A DNA stretch of 64,000 nucleotides from Octopus vulgaris (Eukaryota). The DNA is taken from the NCBI GenBank assembly GCA_951406725.2, contig OX597825.1, positions 23,870,001 to 23,934,000 on the forward strand, written 5' to 3'. This document shows positions 28,736 through 43,830 of the stretch, piece by piece (position 1 is the stretch's first letter; each line of letters begins with the position of its first letter). The position numbers were made by a program, and so were the translations under genes. The notes beneath the pieces are model-generated. The model worked only from the letters and a program-made list of their open reading frames with translations, made no database searches and was not told the DNA's origin.

Positions 28736-28993
28736 TACTCTTTTACTCTTTTACTTGCTTCAGTCATTTCACTGTGGCCATGCTGGAGCACCGCCTTTTT
28801 ATTCGAGCACATCGACCCCAGGACATATTCTTTGTAAGCCTAGTACTTATTTTATCGGGCTTTTTTGCCGAACCGCTAAGTTACGGGGACGTAAACACAC
28901 CAGCATCGGTTGTCAAGCGCTGTTGTGGGGACAAACACAGACACACAAACATATACACATACATACATACATATACATACAATACATACATAT

Positions 28994-29065
<72 letters not shown>

Positions 29066-29238
29066 GTATGTATACATATATGCGACGGGCTTGTTTCAGT
29101 TTCGACTCACCAAATCTACTCACAAGATTTTGGTCGGCCCGAGGCTGGTTAGTGTAGAAGACACTTGCCCAAGGTGCCACGCAGTGGGATTGATCCCGGA
29201 ACCATGTGGTGGTTCGTAAGCAAGCTACTTACCACACA
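28736..29238 (-). mobile_element. SINE family B, near full-length
   Basis: Reverse complement of 40577-41022. Confidence 0.88.
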
Positions 29239-29744
29239 TAGGGACTTTTTACGACCAATTTACACCGAAATTTTACGCCTTGCCGAAAGTTTACCAATAC
29301 CCGTCTTCCAAGATGTTTATCAATATTGGACAGGGACAGCGCCTCCCTTTCTACCCTCACATTCGTTTGCAAGTGAAGTTTAAGAAGGTTGATAAGGGAC
29401 AAACCTCAATGGAGTGCCTGTTTTAGTACTTTCACTCCCTACTTCCAAAAATCTTTCGAGAACAATAGCACCTAATTCCATTCAACCGTTAATCACTTAC
29501 GTATATTTATTCACGCATTCGTCATTCCACCATCTGTTTCGATTGAAAAAGCAATATTTAAAAACGAAAATGGACGCATTGTTATTTTTATGTCATCATT
29601 TAATATCGCTTACTTCAAAGGAATAACATGATAATCATTCCTTTCATTTATTGGAAAAATATGCAAAGAATTGAAGAACGTCGATAACGCCATTGATTAA
29701 TTAAATAAAACACACACACACACATATATATATATACATACCTG

Positions 29745-29830
<86 letters not shown>

Positions 29831-30364
29831 ATTCTATCTATCTATCTATCTGTCTGTCGGTATGTATGTATGTATGTATGTATGTATGTATGTATGTATG
29901 TATGTATGTATGTATGTATGCATGTATGTATGTATGTATGCATGTATGTATGCATGTATGTATGTATGTATGTATGTATGTATGTATGTATGTATGTATG
30001 TATGTATGTATGTATGTATGTATGTGTGTATGTATGTGCATCTGTGTTCGTTACATTATGGCATTTCCTCTACTATCTTTGGAATACCATTACTTTCAGT
30101 GGAAATAATCAACTTTAATTCTCTTATATTTCAGTCGAAATACGCTATATTCCAAAGGATATTCAATGTCGATAACGTCAAACTGAATTGAAGTTGATCG
30201 TAGAATCAAACATGAAATTCAAATAATAGTTAAATATTGACAGAATAAATAACTGAAAAAATTGAGCGAGAAAATAATGGAAAGTTTCAAAAATATGTAT
30301 AAATACAAATAAAACAGGAGAAACTTGTATAAATCGAATATTTGCTGTGATGGAAAAATACATT

Positions 30365-30565
30365 CCTTTATTCTATTTTACTTGTTTCAGTCATTTGACT
30401 GCGGCCATGCTGGGGCCCCGCCTTTAGTCGAGCAAATCAACCCCAGGACTTATTCTTTGTAAGCATAGTATTTATTCTATCGGTCACTTTTCCCGAATCG
30501 CTAAGTGACGGGAACGTAAACACACCAGCATCGGTTGTCAAGCGATGTTGTGGGAACAAACACGA
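30365..30565 (-). mobile_element. SINE family B, 3' half
   Basis: ttgtttcagtcatttgactgcggccatgctgg...accagcatcggttgtcaagcg. Confidence 0.85.
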
Positions 30566-30577
30566 AAACATAGACGC

Positions 30578-30612
<35 letters not shown>

Positions 30613-30896
30613 CACCTCACACACACACACATAAATATATGGAGTCAAACGCAGGTGTTATTCAAATCCTTTTACTTCCGACATATGTTTCGAAGAAAAC
30701 ATTGGTATTATTCCAGAAGTAGGAAAATGGTGTAAAACAATGTAATCTTCTCTTCGAGGAAAGAAAGAAGCCAAACACATCAATAAGACATTTTAACAGA
30801 ATATGATGACTGCGTATATGATGAAGGGAATAATAGTAAACTGTTTTAAACGCTAAGCATTTCGTCCACCGTTATAACGATTCTGCTAGCTCGCTA

Positions 30897-31770
<874 letters not shown>

Positions 31771-31802
31771 TAATAATAGTAATAATAAAAATAATGATAA
31801 TA

Positions 31803-31950
31803 ATCCTTTCTACTGGAAGCAGAAGGCCTCAAATTTGGGGGGACTGGACTAGGGCGATTACAACGACCCCAGTACATAACTGGTAGTAATTTTATCAACC
31901 CCGAAAGGATGAAAGGCAAAGTCGACCTCAGCAGAATTCGATCTCAAACC
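31803..31950 (-). mobile_element. SINE family A fragment with (TAA) tail
   Basis: ccccgaaaggatgaaaggcaaagtcgacctc core; tail abuts the same (TAA)n tract. Confidence 0.8.
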
Positions 31951-32239
31951 CTTGACAGTAGTTCTCAAAGCGAGAGTACTCAAACAACAAGAGTACTCAA
32001 AGCGAGGCAACACCAACGTCCTATCAACGATTAGTCGGAGATAATTCTTAAAATCAGATATCTGAAATAAGCTCGACTGCTCTTTCAAATGAGAATACTA
32101 AAAATGAACCCGACCGTTCTCAAACGTTAAGTAAAAAACAGAAAAAAGAAACAGAAAATAATCCAGAATCCTTGTCCGGTACCTGATCGATCCCAATGGA
32201 ATGTGAATGTGAGTATGTGGGCCTTGTTTGTAATGCTGT

Positions 32240-32440
32240 GTGTGTGTGTGTCGTCTGTAGTGGGGACAGGGACAGTTTTCTCTATGAAGGCCCTTTTTAG
32301 TCTATCCACTGATATAGTGTCTTTACGACCATTAGGATCTATAGTGAAGCATTTATCCCTGCGTGAAAAAAAAAACGGGAAGGAGCTACACCCGGTGCTG
32401 TTGATGGGGGTTTTATCAACATCGTTGCGCACAAAAACGG
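32240..32440 (-). mobile_element. Gypsy-type LTR retrotransposon integrase C-terminal remnant
   Basis: FVRND...FTIDPNGRKDTISVDRLKRAF resembles the GPY/F module downstream of the integrase core. Confidence 0.55.
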
Positions 32441-32585
32441 GATTCCGAGAAGTAGAACTTCCTTCAAAGCATAGCAGAATTTGAACACAGAACGAAGTAA
32501 ATAGAGACTAAATGCTGCTAAGCATTTTTCCTAGCGTGCTCATGATTATGCCAACTCCCCACCATAATAGTAGTAATAGTAGTAT

Positions 32586-32617
<32 letters not shown>

Positions 32618-32899
32618 ATTTTCCCCAGCAGTTTTAAGGGGAGACGGATAGTTTCCGTCTTTCCTAGTATTTGATTGCTGCCATATTTTTATCGGCCCGG
32701 GAGAAGTAAATGTTAAAGTTGATCCCGGTAGGAATCGATCTCGAAACATGAAAAGTTAGAAGAAATTCAGCAATACCATATGCTGCTCTGAACATTCTGC
32801 CAATCTCCTCTCCCACTAAATAATCGTGTATAATTTATCCGCAAGACCACTAATTTTGAGGGAAGGCCTTGGGGTCGATAACTTTGATTCCCATATTTG

Positions 32900-34050
32900 A
32901 TTAGTATGAACAACAAAAAAAAACTGTATGATACATTGACAACACTTAAACATCCACTTTGATTAATTACGAGCCTAAAAATATGAAAAAATGTGATTTA
33001 TGGCGAAATTATAGCCTGAGAGTTTTGAGACAAATCTGCAAATAAAAAGAAAGCAGAAATCTGGATTGCACACTAAGGAAGAGAAGCCAAAAGAAAACAC
33101 AGATTAAGTAATCATTCATTATGACTAATTAGCTGAGAAAGACAAGACTAACCTTTACACTGTTGTGGAGAATGATGGTGAAAATGAGTTAATGATTTCA
33201 TTAACAATCTGGAATTCTGAAGTTATCAGAGAAAGACAGTTGACCGGAGGTGATATATGTACTTAAGTTATTAAATATGATCTTTGCACGCAAAGACATA
33301 CAAAGATGATGTTAATAAAATAATAACTCAAAGGACTTCAATAACTGCAATCGAAGAGCATTCTCAAGCAGCTGAGAGTGAAATTGCTATATAGAAAGGA
33401 AAGAGCGTAGGAAATAAAATAACTGATTAGAAAAAGAGAAGGTAAAAAGATAATAATAATAATAAAAAGGTTTGAAGAGATTTATCAAACGTGAAGGGAA
33501 ATGGTAATGAAGTCAATAACTCAGGTCAAATAGTGAAACACATGGAACGGGAGGTCGGACATCAAAGCAAGACGATCGAGTGGAAAGGAAAAGCATAATA
33601 GAATATAAAATAAAAGCTTCGTTTTTAAGTAGATGTATGAAAAGGAAGAAGCGTTTTGTAATGAACAAGGAGAATAAAAGAAGCTCTTAAAGTTATACTG
33701 AGAGAACTATACAGTAAGAGATGAATAAATATCAAAAGATTCATTCACTGAAAACAAGATCGATCTGGACAAAAATATTCGAAGACGACAGAATAGAGAC
33801 TTTTGCATAAACTCAACAATGATATTACGTCAACTTTCATAGGGATTACTATATCAAACAAGACAGCAATTGAAGACCTCTGTCGTCTATAATAAAACAA
33901 ATAAATAAATAAATAAACAGATCCAGAACAAAGCCTGGATTGGTTTATATATTGACGTTCAAATATCTCTAATAAATGGAAACAATATCTACAGTTCAAT
34001 GCACGGTATAATGGCATTTCAAAGATGATTACGCAGACATATATACGGAT
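32900..34050 (+). mobile_element. Highly degenerate LINE-like remnant (possibly R4/Dong)
   Basis: Strongly A/G-skewed, no open frame; only scattered resemblance to the region at 54265-55530. Confidence 0.3.
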
Positions 34051-34804
34051 CAAAGATGGGGAAGTCTCAGTGAAGACACTCGACCAGCTAGAAACAGCAG
34101 CTAAATTCCTTCAAGGCATATACTATCTTCGTAAAAGTTGTAGGAAACATTGGGTTATGTGATGTTAGATCTACAGAAACAGCATGAAGATCGTTGTTGG
34201 GATACTTTTAATTATAATTTTGTTCAATGAATTCTAATACGGTAATCACGAGAGTAGAAAGATTTATGGACGAGAATTAGCTGTGTTACTAAGGAAATAG
34301 GCAGTGATAGAGAGTAAATTATGGAGACCAAAACAAAATAAATAAATAAATAAAAACATAAATGAAACAATTGGTGATCAACATGGATATTCATAGAAGA
34401 AACATAAGTCAGAAAAATTAAACCCTTAAGAAGAAATCATCTTTAAAACCTAAAAGTTTCCTACACGTATTACAATCACACACATATGAACCCGCGCACA
34501 CACACGCACACACATGCATGCACATATCTACACGCATGCACACACACACTTATATTCCTTGTATAGTAGAATCAAAGCTGGTCACTCGAATAACTGTTGC
34601 TCAGTTCTTGAGTATGAAAGAAAAGAACCATGAAGGATATGTTTTTTTTCTTTTAAATTGGTAATTCCATTCGGCAACTATATTTTGAGTATCAGAAAAT
34701 GTAACAATTTCAATAATATTTTTAAAATCCGTTGGAATACAATAGAAGCAACATAAGATTAATCTAGACATTTATGTATCATACTTAATGTATATGCATC
34801 GTTG

Positions 34805-35120
34805 ACAGCATCGTTCGGTGGAAGTAGGCCTTCTCATCTGGGACGCCACATGCAGTGACACCTTCTTCAGCGGCAACTTGGTGTTGTCAGCTACCAGCCC
34901 ATCTCCGCTGCTCGTTAGGCTGAGAAGAAAGAAACTGTGAACGTATCAGTCGCTCACCGCTGGGTTGAGCATATGGCAGTTGAGACTTCTAGCTCATCAC
35001 TATCGGAGCTTACCACTATCTCCGCTCACCAGTATCGAGTGGCAGCTCTAGCGCATCTCTTACGCCATCCTCCGGGCCAACGTCATTCTGTTTTGTCCGT
35101 TGATGCCATGAGAAATGTTT
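34805..35120 (+). mobile_element. CRE-clade-like RLE retrotransposon 3' remnant
   Basis: GC-richer island translating LIWDATCSDTF...MAVETS...L*RISYAILRAN, resembling the WD.T..DT / AVET / QR.S.A..RGN pattern of CRE endonuclease domains. Confidence 0.6.
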
Positions 35121-36379
35121 CTATATACTGAGTTAATAACCTAGTTAATTCTGTTGTGTCTGGGGAGAGTCATTTTCTTTTTGTGCCTTATAATGTAACA
35201 CACTCGCCGGTAAAATTTCCATTATTTCTTATTTTTATTTTCCACAGACACAACAGTATATGCTTCAACACACGAACTCATATAAAGAATCTTGCAAACC
35301 AAATCCAAAAACGAAACCTAGTTAATGACAACAGTATTCGTCCAGAGATTATATTTCTTATGGACTTGCTGTGTTGAAAAACACAATATGTATATCAGAG
35401 GGAGGCGAAATTCATCCTAGAAGTGGCTAACGAGAACGCCAGATGCATTTTGGTCTAGGTCGGCTTTGTCAATGGCGTGTACTCACAATCAGCTACATGC
35501 CGGGTGCGATTTGCTGTATCCCATGTTTAGGAAGAAGTGAATAATTGTAAATATCTGTCTGGTTGAATAATACTAGGAGAAACCATAAAAAAGCGTTGCA
35601 TTTGACGTGTGTCATATCGAGTTAAACTCATTGTACATTAATGTTCCTGCCACCTCTAGAAATGCAACGAGCCCAGGTTTAACACACAAGAAACATGTAA
35701 CTAACGGCGTTATTCTTCATATATTGCAAGAATAATTGAATAAATACTACGTATAGCAAAATAGCCATACTATAAGAAGTTGCGGTTTATGATAATTACT
35801 AAACAACTGTAAACGGCTTTTATGTTATTATTAATGATAAATTTAAGGAAAATGGTACTTAGTGGACTACTAAGTAAGAGGAGAAGATCTCGAGAAATTT
35901 ATACATACATATCATAATAAATTATACTTAGTTATGGAAGAAGAGACATACCAAGTGAGGCAAATGTAAAAAGGAGAATAAAAAGAAAATATAAAGGAAA
36001 GTAAGAAAAATTCGCAGACTGAAACGTTTTATATGAAGAAAGAAGAGACAATTACAGAACGAAGATTTTCAGCGACGCAAACATGTAATTATATAAAATA
36101 ACACTATTACTTTCATCTTCCATAATATTTTGTTATCATTATAAAAAACTACAGAAAACATTGTTCTGATATGTAGTGCAAACATGGAATCAGCGAAAAT
36201 AGTGAATATTCTGTAAGCATTATCAGTCGCACTTACACAGCATATGAGCGACCTATTCCACCCCAAATTCAACGCATTGTGCCTATTGTAGAAAGGATAA
36301 TTTTTCTGAATCCTCAAAACTTGGCATGACAGTCCTCTATAAAAAACATCATCATCATTATTATTATTATTTTAATTTC

Positions 36380-36461
<82 letters not shown>

Positions 36462-36555
36462 GTTGTTGTTGTTGTTGATGTTGTTCTTGTTGTTATTATT
36501 ATGATTGTTGTTGGTGTTGTTGGTGTTATTATTATCATTATCATCATCATCATCA

Positions 36556-36633
<78 letters not shown>

Positions 36634-36646
36634 TATTATTATTATA

Positions 36647-36709
<63 letters not shown>

Positions 36710-36944
36710 GTTGTTGTTCTTGTCTTAATTCGCCGTTGAGTCGTTCAGGTGCACGTAACGTTTTCTACAAGATTTCTCGTAGGGTGGAAACCATTCCTTC
36801 ACAAAGCCAACAAAAGCTTAATACGAAACGCCATAGATTTGCTCGAGAGTTTTCCAAACTCTGGTCAAGTAGGAGATGGGATCATAATGTAAAAAAAAAA
36901 AAAATTGGGGCTGCGCGCTTTTGATCATGTCGCTTGCATTGTAA

Positions 36945-37905
36945 CCATGTGTTTTCAGTTTCACCTCCTTGGCACGGCATCATTTAGGTAAGTGTCTTCT
37001 ACTATAGCCTCGAACCGACCAACGCCTTATTTTTGAATTTAGTTGACGGAAACTTTGTGGAAGCCCTTCCTATATGGATGTCTGCCTTTGTGTGTATGTG
37101 TGTCACTTTCTTATTTCTTTACTGCCTACAAGGGGTTAAACACAAAGGGGACAAACAGATTAAGTCGAGTTAACGACCCTAGGGCGTAACTGGTACTTAA
37201 TTTATCGACCCTGAAAGGATGAAAGGCAAAGTCGACCTCGTCGGAATTTGAACTCAGAATGTAACAGCAGACGAAATACCAATTTTTTCTACCCACAAGG
37301 GGCTAAACACAGAGGAGACAAACAAGGACAGACAAACGGATTAAGTCGATTATATCGACCCCAGTGCGTAACTGGTAGTTGATTTATTGACCCCGAAAGA
37401 ATGAAAGGCAAAGTCGACCTCGGCGGAATTTGAACTCAGAACGTAGCGGCAGACGAAATACCTATTTCTTTACTACCCACAAGGGGCTAAACACAGAGGA
37501 AACAAACAAGGACAGACAAACGGATTAAGTTGATTATATCGACCCCAGTGCGTAAGTGGTACTTAATTTATCGACCCCGAAAGGATGAAAGGCAAAGTCG
37601 ACCTCAGTGGAATTTGAACTCAGAACCTAACGGCAGACGAAATACCGCTAAGCATTTCGCCCGGCGTGCTAACGTTTCTGCAAGCTCGCCGCCATGTGTG
37701 TGCCTCTTTCTGGTGTTGTTTCTTTCCACTCCACTACTTAACAACCGCTGTTGGTCTCTTTACCTCCCGTAACTAAGCTCTTCGACTAATGAATAAGTAC
37801 TAGACATAAAAAAGAGACATAAAAACTAGAGACGATTTATTCCATTAAATCCGTTCAAAGCTGTGCTCCAGCATGACGGCAATCAAATGACTGAGACAAG
37901 TAAAA
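36945..37905 (+). mobile_element. Old SINE family B copy interrupted by the SINE-A trimer
   Basis: aagtgtcttctactatagcctcg (36990) and gtgctccagcatg...gactgagacaagtaaaa (37863) on either side of the trimer. Confidence 0.7.
37112..37693 (-). mobile_element. SINE family A head-to-tail trimer
   Basis: Three units starting near 37112, 37281 and 37463, one head ending gctcgccgcc. Confidence 0.9.
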
Positions 37906-38038
37906 CACAAAATATTGGTAATTTAAAAAGTATTCCGAGTATATTTACTGTAAGCTATAGATTAACCAATCGTAAGATGTGAAATCTCTCTGGCCCATTC
38001 TGACCAATGAATTCTTCAGAAGAAAACAGTGTTAAATA

Positions 38039-38562
38039 CCGTAAATCGTCGAGTATAATCCGCATTTCTTTCCCCAAATTTAATGGTCAATGTCCCTAGT
38101 GCGTACTATATACGAGGTTAAAAATGAAAATTATTTTCTAAGCAATGTTCGCGACTCAATTTGCTGTCCGGCAATGTTTATTCAGACGCATTTTGTGATG
38201 TCGGGCGCGAAAATACCTTAAGCTAAAAGCTGAAAGCAATGAAGTCATAAAAGAATCATCCATAACTTGCAGTAAGCAACATTTATTAAACGTTATTACT
38301 GTTATTACTGTTATTTCTTTATTTTCTGCAAACAAAATGCACAAAAAAGCTCCACTTTTGCATTATGTTATATATACAATAATAATAAAGGACGTTACTC
38401 TATACAGTTTTACAAACCAAGGACGTTATATAGACCTCTTTGACTCAAGTTAGAGAAGAGGTGCGTTTTATACACAATGTTTAGGTTTTTCAGAGGTACA
38501 GCCTCCTAAAATTCCCCTGCGTATATAGTCCTCTAGGGCGGACTATACTCGAGGATTTATGG
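38039..38562. mobile_element. Non-autonomous Tc1/mariner-superfamily element (Tc2/pogo-like CCGTA termini)
   Basis: TA|ccgtaaatcgtcgagtataatccgc ... gcggactatactcgaggatttatgg|TA; internal tgcgt...tata subterminal repeats. Confidence 0.8.
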
Positions 38563-38644
38563 TAATACAAAGAATTTGTATTTTTCGATGTTGTTGTTGT
38601 TGTTGTTATTATTATTATTAGTAGTAGTACTATTATTATTATTA

Positions 38645-38715
38645 TTCAGGTCACTGCCTGGAATCGAACTCGGAATCTTGGGGTTAGTTGCCCGCGCTAT
38701 TAACCACTACGCCTT
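38645..38715 (-). mobile_element. Minimal tRNA-like retroposon with (TAA) tail
   Basis: Minus strand ggcgtagtggttaa (A box)...gagttcgattcc (B box)...gacctgaataataata. Confidence 0.65.
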
Positions 38716-39479
38716 ATGTGTTTAAAGAAAGGAAATATAATATCTATCTCTCCTTCCTCTCTCATTCTGTCACTCTCTGCATCTGTCTGTGTATATTCTT
38801 ATACACGCACGTACACCGGTGTGACTTTGCCTCCAGTGCCAAAATGTACTTTCGTCCTGTCGACCTACTCAATTGTCTCATGCTGTGTTTCTTCGATGCA
38901 ATAATTTTTTGCTACAATAATTCTTGCATTCATCCTTATATTTATTGCACAACGTCTTTAACTCTTACCTTGTTTTTTTTTTTTTTATAACCTGTTTGTT
39001 CCTCCCCACATATCTTTATAAGCTCGTGTTAAACATTGAAGTTGTTATTTTTCTGAAAACAGAGAAGTTGAGAGTTGGCTTTAAAAAGTTAATACTTTTT
39101 CTGTAGCATGGATAGCATGATGTTAGTGGAAAGAGCAATAGTTAGATTCCTTCATGTATCAGGGAATCCGAACAAACACCAAATATTAAATATTGTCATT
39201 TAGACGCACCGACTGAAAGGAATCCAGACCACCCACGCAAGGAAATAAAACCAACAAAATCAACAACAATAAACAAAAAAAAAACAATAAAAAAAATATA
39301 TGATGTAAATCAATATTCTCTAACGAAAGAGAAATTATTTCCCAAACATGTTCTTGAAACCTATATCTGAATATTACAGTTAAAGGGCGAATATTATGGT
39401 GTCTATAATTAGCACGTGCTTTCCTGCTTTCGTGTTACAACAAATTTTCTTCATAATAACCAACGAATCCCTGGCTGCA

Positions 39480-39925
39480 TTTCTCTCTCCTTCTCTCTCC
39501 TTCTCTCTTCTTCTCTCTCCTTCTCTCTCCTTCTCTCCTCTTCTCTCTCCTTCTCTCTTCTTCTCTCTCCTTCTCTCTCCTTCTCTCCTCTTCTCTCTCC
39601 TTCTCTCTTCTTCTCTCTCCTTCTCTCTCCTTCTCTCTTCTTCTCTCTCCTCTCTCTCTCTCCTCTCTCTCTCCCCTCTCTCTTTCTCACATCCACGGTC
39701 CCAATTTCTTTTTCTCTCCTTCTCTCTTCTTCTCTCTCCTTTTCTCTTCTTCTCTCTCCTTCTCTCTCCTTCTCTCTCCTTCTCTCTTCTTCTCTCTCCT
39801 TTTCTCTTCTTCTCTCTCCTTCTCTCTCCTTCTCTCTCCTTCTCTCTCCTTCTCCTTCCTTCTCTCCCCTTTCTCTCTCTCCTCTCTCTCTTTCTCACAC
39901 ACCCACGGTCCTAATTTCTTTATCT
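39480..39925. repeat. Polypyrimidine (CTTCT/CTCTC) compound repeat with duplicated spacer
   Basis: ccacggtcc(c/t)aatttctt occurs near 39693 and 39903. Confidence 0.9.
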
Positions 39926-40520
39926 TCATTCTCTTCATAATTTCCTTTACTATGCAGTTGTATTGAACTTCGAGGTTGAATATGTTCCGCTAGGCCACTA
40001 AGCACGCACACAGCACACAGTTTTTCGTTTCACTATTCTGTATTTTTCTTTCCCTTTTTTTTTCTTTTTTTTTTCTTTTTGTTATCATTTTGCTCAGCGA
40101 AACTTCATTGTTCGTCTGACACATTAGTTCTGTTAGAGAGTGTTTCGTGACGAGGAAACGGTTTTCTTTCTTCTATTCTTTGTATACAAATATGAAAACT
40201 TTCAGAAATGATTTTATTGTTTGTTTACAAGGTTTGCGTTCGTTATTGCTACTACGACTGTAACCAACGCAAAACGAGAAAACAAAGAAAGAAAGAAAGA
40301 ACATTAACACATAATCAAAACACCATGTACCTTACGCTATACAATAATATCTCATTTTGCAACGTTGGTATATTTATGAGATATATCACGTATATTTTTA
40401 ACGTTCACATATTCTTTCACCGGATTGCAGAAGAAATAAACATTATACGGCAGGAAGAGTGTATTATAAACGAACAGGAAAAATGGATATGATTTTTGAA
40501 TTGGCCGAAATTGCAGAATG

Positions 40521-40576
<56 letters not shown>

Positions 40577-40579
<3 letters not shown>

Positions 40580-40742
40580 CGTAGGAGTGACTGTGTGGTA
40601 AGTAGCTTGCTTACCAACCGCATGGTTCAGGGTTCAGTCCCACTGCGTGGCACCCTGAGCAAGTGTCTTCTACTATAGCTTCGGGCCGACCAAAGCCTTG
40701 TGAGTGGATTTGGTAGACGGAAACTGAAAGAAGCCCGTCGTA

Positions 40743-40786
<44 letters not shown>

Positions 40787-41022
40787 CGTGTGTGTGTGTG
40801 TGTGTGTATATGTTTGTGTGTCTGTGTTTGTCCCCCCAACATCGCTTGACAACCGATGCTGGTGTGTTTACGTTCCCGTAACTTAGCGGTTCGGAAAAGA
40901 GACCGATAGAATAAGTACTAGGCTTACAAAGAATAAGTCCCGGGGTCGATTTGCTCGACTAAATGCGGTGCTCCAGCATGGCCGCAGTCAAATGACTGAA
41001 ACAAGTAAAAGAGTAAAAGAGT
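40577..41022 (+). mobile_element. SINE family B, full-length
   Basis: ggcgtaggagtgactgtgtggtaag head, gggttcagtccc B box, internal (TA)/(TG), tail gactgaaacaagtaaaagagtaaaagagt; (TA)n flanks. Confidence 0.92.
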
Positions 41023-41394
41023 ATATATATACAAAGAGAAATATGTTAAGGATAATTTTGAAATTATTGTAGGACATAACATGTGGAATGGTGTCATTCT
41101 TGTTGATCAATAGATCGATATTTAAAGGCTTCTCAGTTAGCATTTCCCAAATTTCTGTCAAATATGTTTGATAGTTTCAAAACGCGCGGGTTCCAGATAC
41201 TTCAGCGATGACGTAACGAGGTACTCTTTGTATCTATTTGAGTATTCTTAACATTCAGGAAGACTCAATGTCTCACTGTGTAACAAGACAAACCCCTTGA
41301 AAGAAAGGATACAGTCAATTATATAGGTCAACATAGTCTCGATACACAGTTTCACTCAAAAGACTTGGAAATGCCCAAAAGTTAGGAATAAGAT

Positions 41395-41905
41395 TTCCCT
41401 AACGTATGGCAGGTATGTGCCGTTGCATCGCGACGTTACATCCATCATTTGTTGGTATGTGCTTAAGTCGTCCCGGGCAACCTTCAGAACGGCGTCCCAC
41501 GCAGTCCCTGTCTCTGCGAGGTATTTTGTCATCCGCCGTGGCCATGTGGCATGTGGTTGACCAACACGGTACTGCAACCGGATCCTCAGAGACGAGAACA
41601 TAATATGAAGGATCCATCTCGGAAAATCAAGCCACATAACGAAACATACAAGTAACAGGACGCCTCACGGTTTCTATGTAGAGTCGGTGGCTGGAAACAA
41701 AATCCAACCAACGATAACCCAAAATCCTACGAAGGGTCGTCGCACCTAATGACTTCAGGCGGTGCCTTATAACTTTGGAAAGTATCCAAGTTGCGCAACT
41801 AGAGAGCAGGATAGGGAGGCCAGAAACCTGAAGACCGGAATCTTTGTCCTCCTGCACAGATATCGGCAGCATTAAACACCTTTCGCAAGTGAGTCCACAA
41901 CTCAT
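41395..41905 (-). mobile_element. RTE-like LINE, C-terminal RT remnant
   Basis: CRYLCRRTKIPVFR, LP.LL...TW.L and LRRILGYRWLDFVS motifs typical of the RTE ORF downstream of the RT core. Confidence 0.7.
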
Positions 41906-41911
41906 TGTTTG

Positions 41912-43050
41912 GTGTACAGTCACATCGTGGAGCTCGAGAGGTACATGACCATAACCGCCAAAGCATAAGAAACAATGGCACGCTAATGGGAGGAGCAACA
42001 GTTCTTCTTGCAGGAGATTTTCGTCAAACGTTGCCAGTTATCCCCAAAGGATCAAAAGCTGATCAAGTCAATGCATGCTTCAAAAATCCGTACCTTTGGA
42101 GACGTGAAACAACTTCGTCTTGCAAGCCACAGCATAATACTACAAAGTGATCATACGAGCTTTTTAAGATTGGCAATATCGACGTTCAATTCAAGACTTC
42201 ATCTACATGAAATTGTACGTGATCAAATGATACATTCTCTGAGGGCTCTTATGGATAAAGTGTTTCCTAATATATCTGTCATTTACACTGATGTAAACTG
42301 GCTATGTGAAACAGCTATACTAGCTCCAACAAATGAAATGGTTGATAAACTCACTCATAAACGTCTTCAAAATTTAAATGATACCTCAGAAAAGACTTTT
42401 CGTTCAATTGACAAAAGTCGATCAAGATCAGGTAGTTCAATACCCTGTTAACTTAAATCCACTGGGATGCCACCATATAACTTGACACTAAAACTGGGTG
42501 CTCCCATTATGTTGCATAGAAATCTTGAACCAGCTCACCTGTGTAATGGAACTTGCTTAATTGCTACTTCCATGAAGCTCCATGTCCTACAAGCAACAAT
42601 CATAACAGGTAGTTACAAAGGAGAAAATGTCTTTATTCCAAAAATTCCTTTCATAACTACAGATATTCCATTTGAATTTAAGACGCTTCAGTTCCAATCA
42701 AACTAAGTTTTGGTATTTCAATTAACAAATCTCAGGGTCAGTCCCTCAAGGTAGTTGGACTTCATCTCTCTACTACACACTTCTCTGACGGCCAACGCTA
42801 TGTTGTTGTCCACGAGATGGAAGCAGCAACAATTTCTTCATTTCGATACCAACAAAAAAATTACACAATGAATAGTGTTTACTCTGTGGTGCTTCCTCAT
42901 AGAGTTTCAGTTCGAAATTCTATTATCATTACAATTTGGGGATCTTTTTTAATAAAATATAAACATCTTGAAATAATTATGAAAATATATCTTTATATTC
43001 ATTGTTTACTAATCTAAATAAAAAAACACCGGTATCCGGACAACGTCGTT
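41912..43050 (+). mobile_element. Helitron 3' remnant (PIF1 helicase pseudogene)
   Basis: MGGATVLLAGDFRQTLPVIP, AILAPTN, PP..L.LK.GAPIML.RNL...LCNGT, INKSQGQSL spread over several frames. Confidence 0.88.
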
Positions 43051-43051
43051 A

Positions 43052-43166
<115 letters not shown>

Positions 43167-43329
43167 TATATATATTGTATGTATGTATGTATGTATGTAT
43201 GTATGTATGTATGTATGTATGTATGTATATAACGGGCTTCTTCAGAATCTGTCTATCAAATCCACTCATAAGTCTTTGGTCGGCCACACAGACACGCCTG
43301 CGCTTATGACACACACAGACACAGACACA

Positions 43330-43390
<61 letters not shown>

Positions 43391-43574
43391 ACACATATTT
43401 AAAACATGGTTTTCTCGATACGAGATCAGCGACTGTGTGTCGTTAGCCAGCTGCAAAATATGTTTTTTCCTGGGGCTAAACCATCAGTAACATAGTCCTT
43501 TACAGGACTTCCACGTTATGTTGGCATATAAACATTACTATCCGGTACTGTTACTGTATTTCTCTCGCTCAGAG

Positions 43575-43610
<36 letters not shown>

Positions 43611-43774
43611 CTAAAAATAAGGGTGTCTGAGAGACACTGCGGTATATATATATATATATATATATATAGCAATAAGGGTTCAGCAACGAATTGCCTTACC
43701 ACATACCGAATTTAGAAATATATATATATATATATATTGCTTATATATATATATATATATATATATATTAATTA

Positions 43775-43830
<56 letters not shown>

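Noticed and set aside
39380-39940. Arg/Glu-rich and Ser/Leu-rich ORFs
   Set aside because: CT-rich compound microsatellite.
41912-42830. Host PIF1 helicase gene
   Set aside because: Intronless, multiply frameshifted, and carrying Helitron-type motifs.
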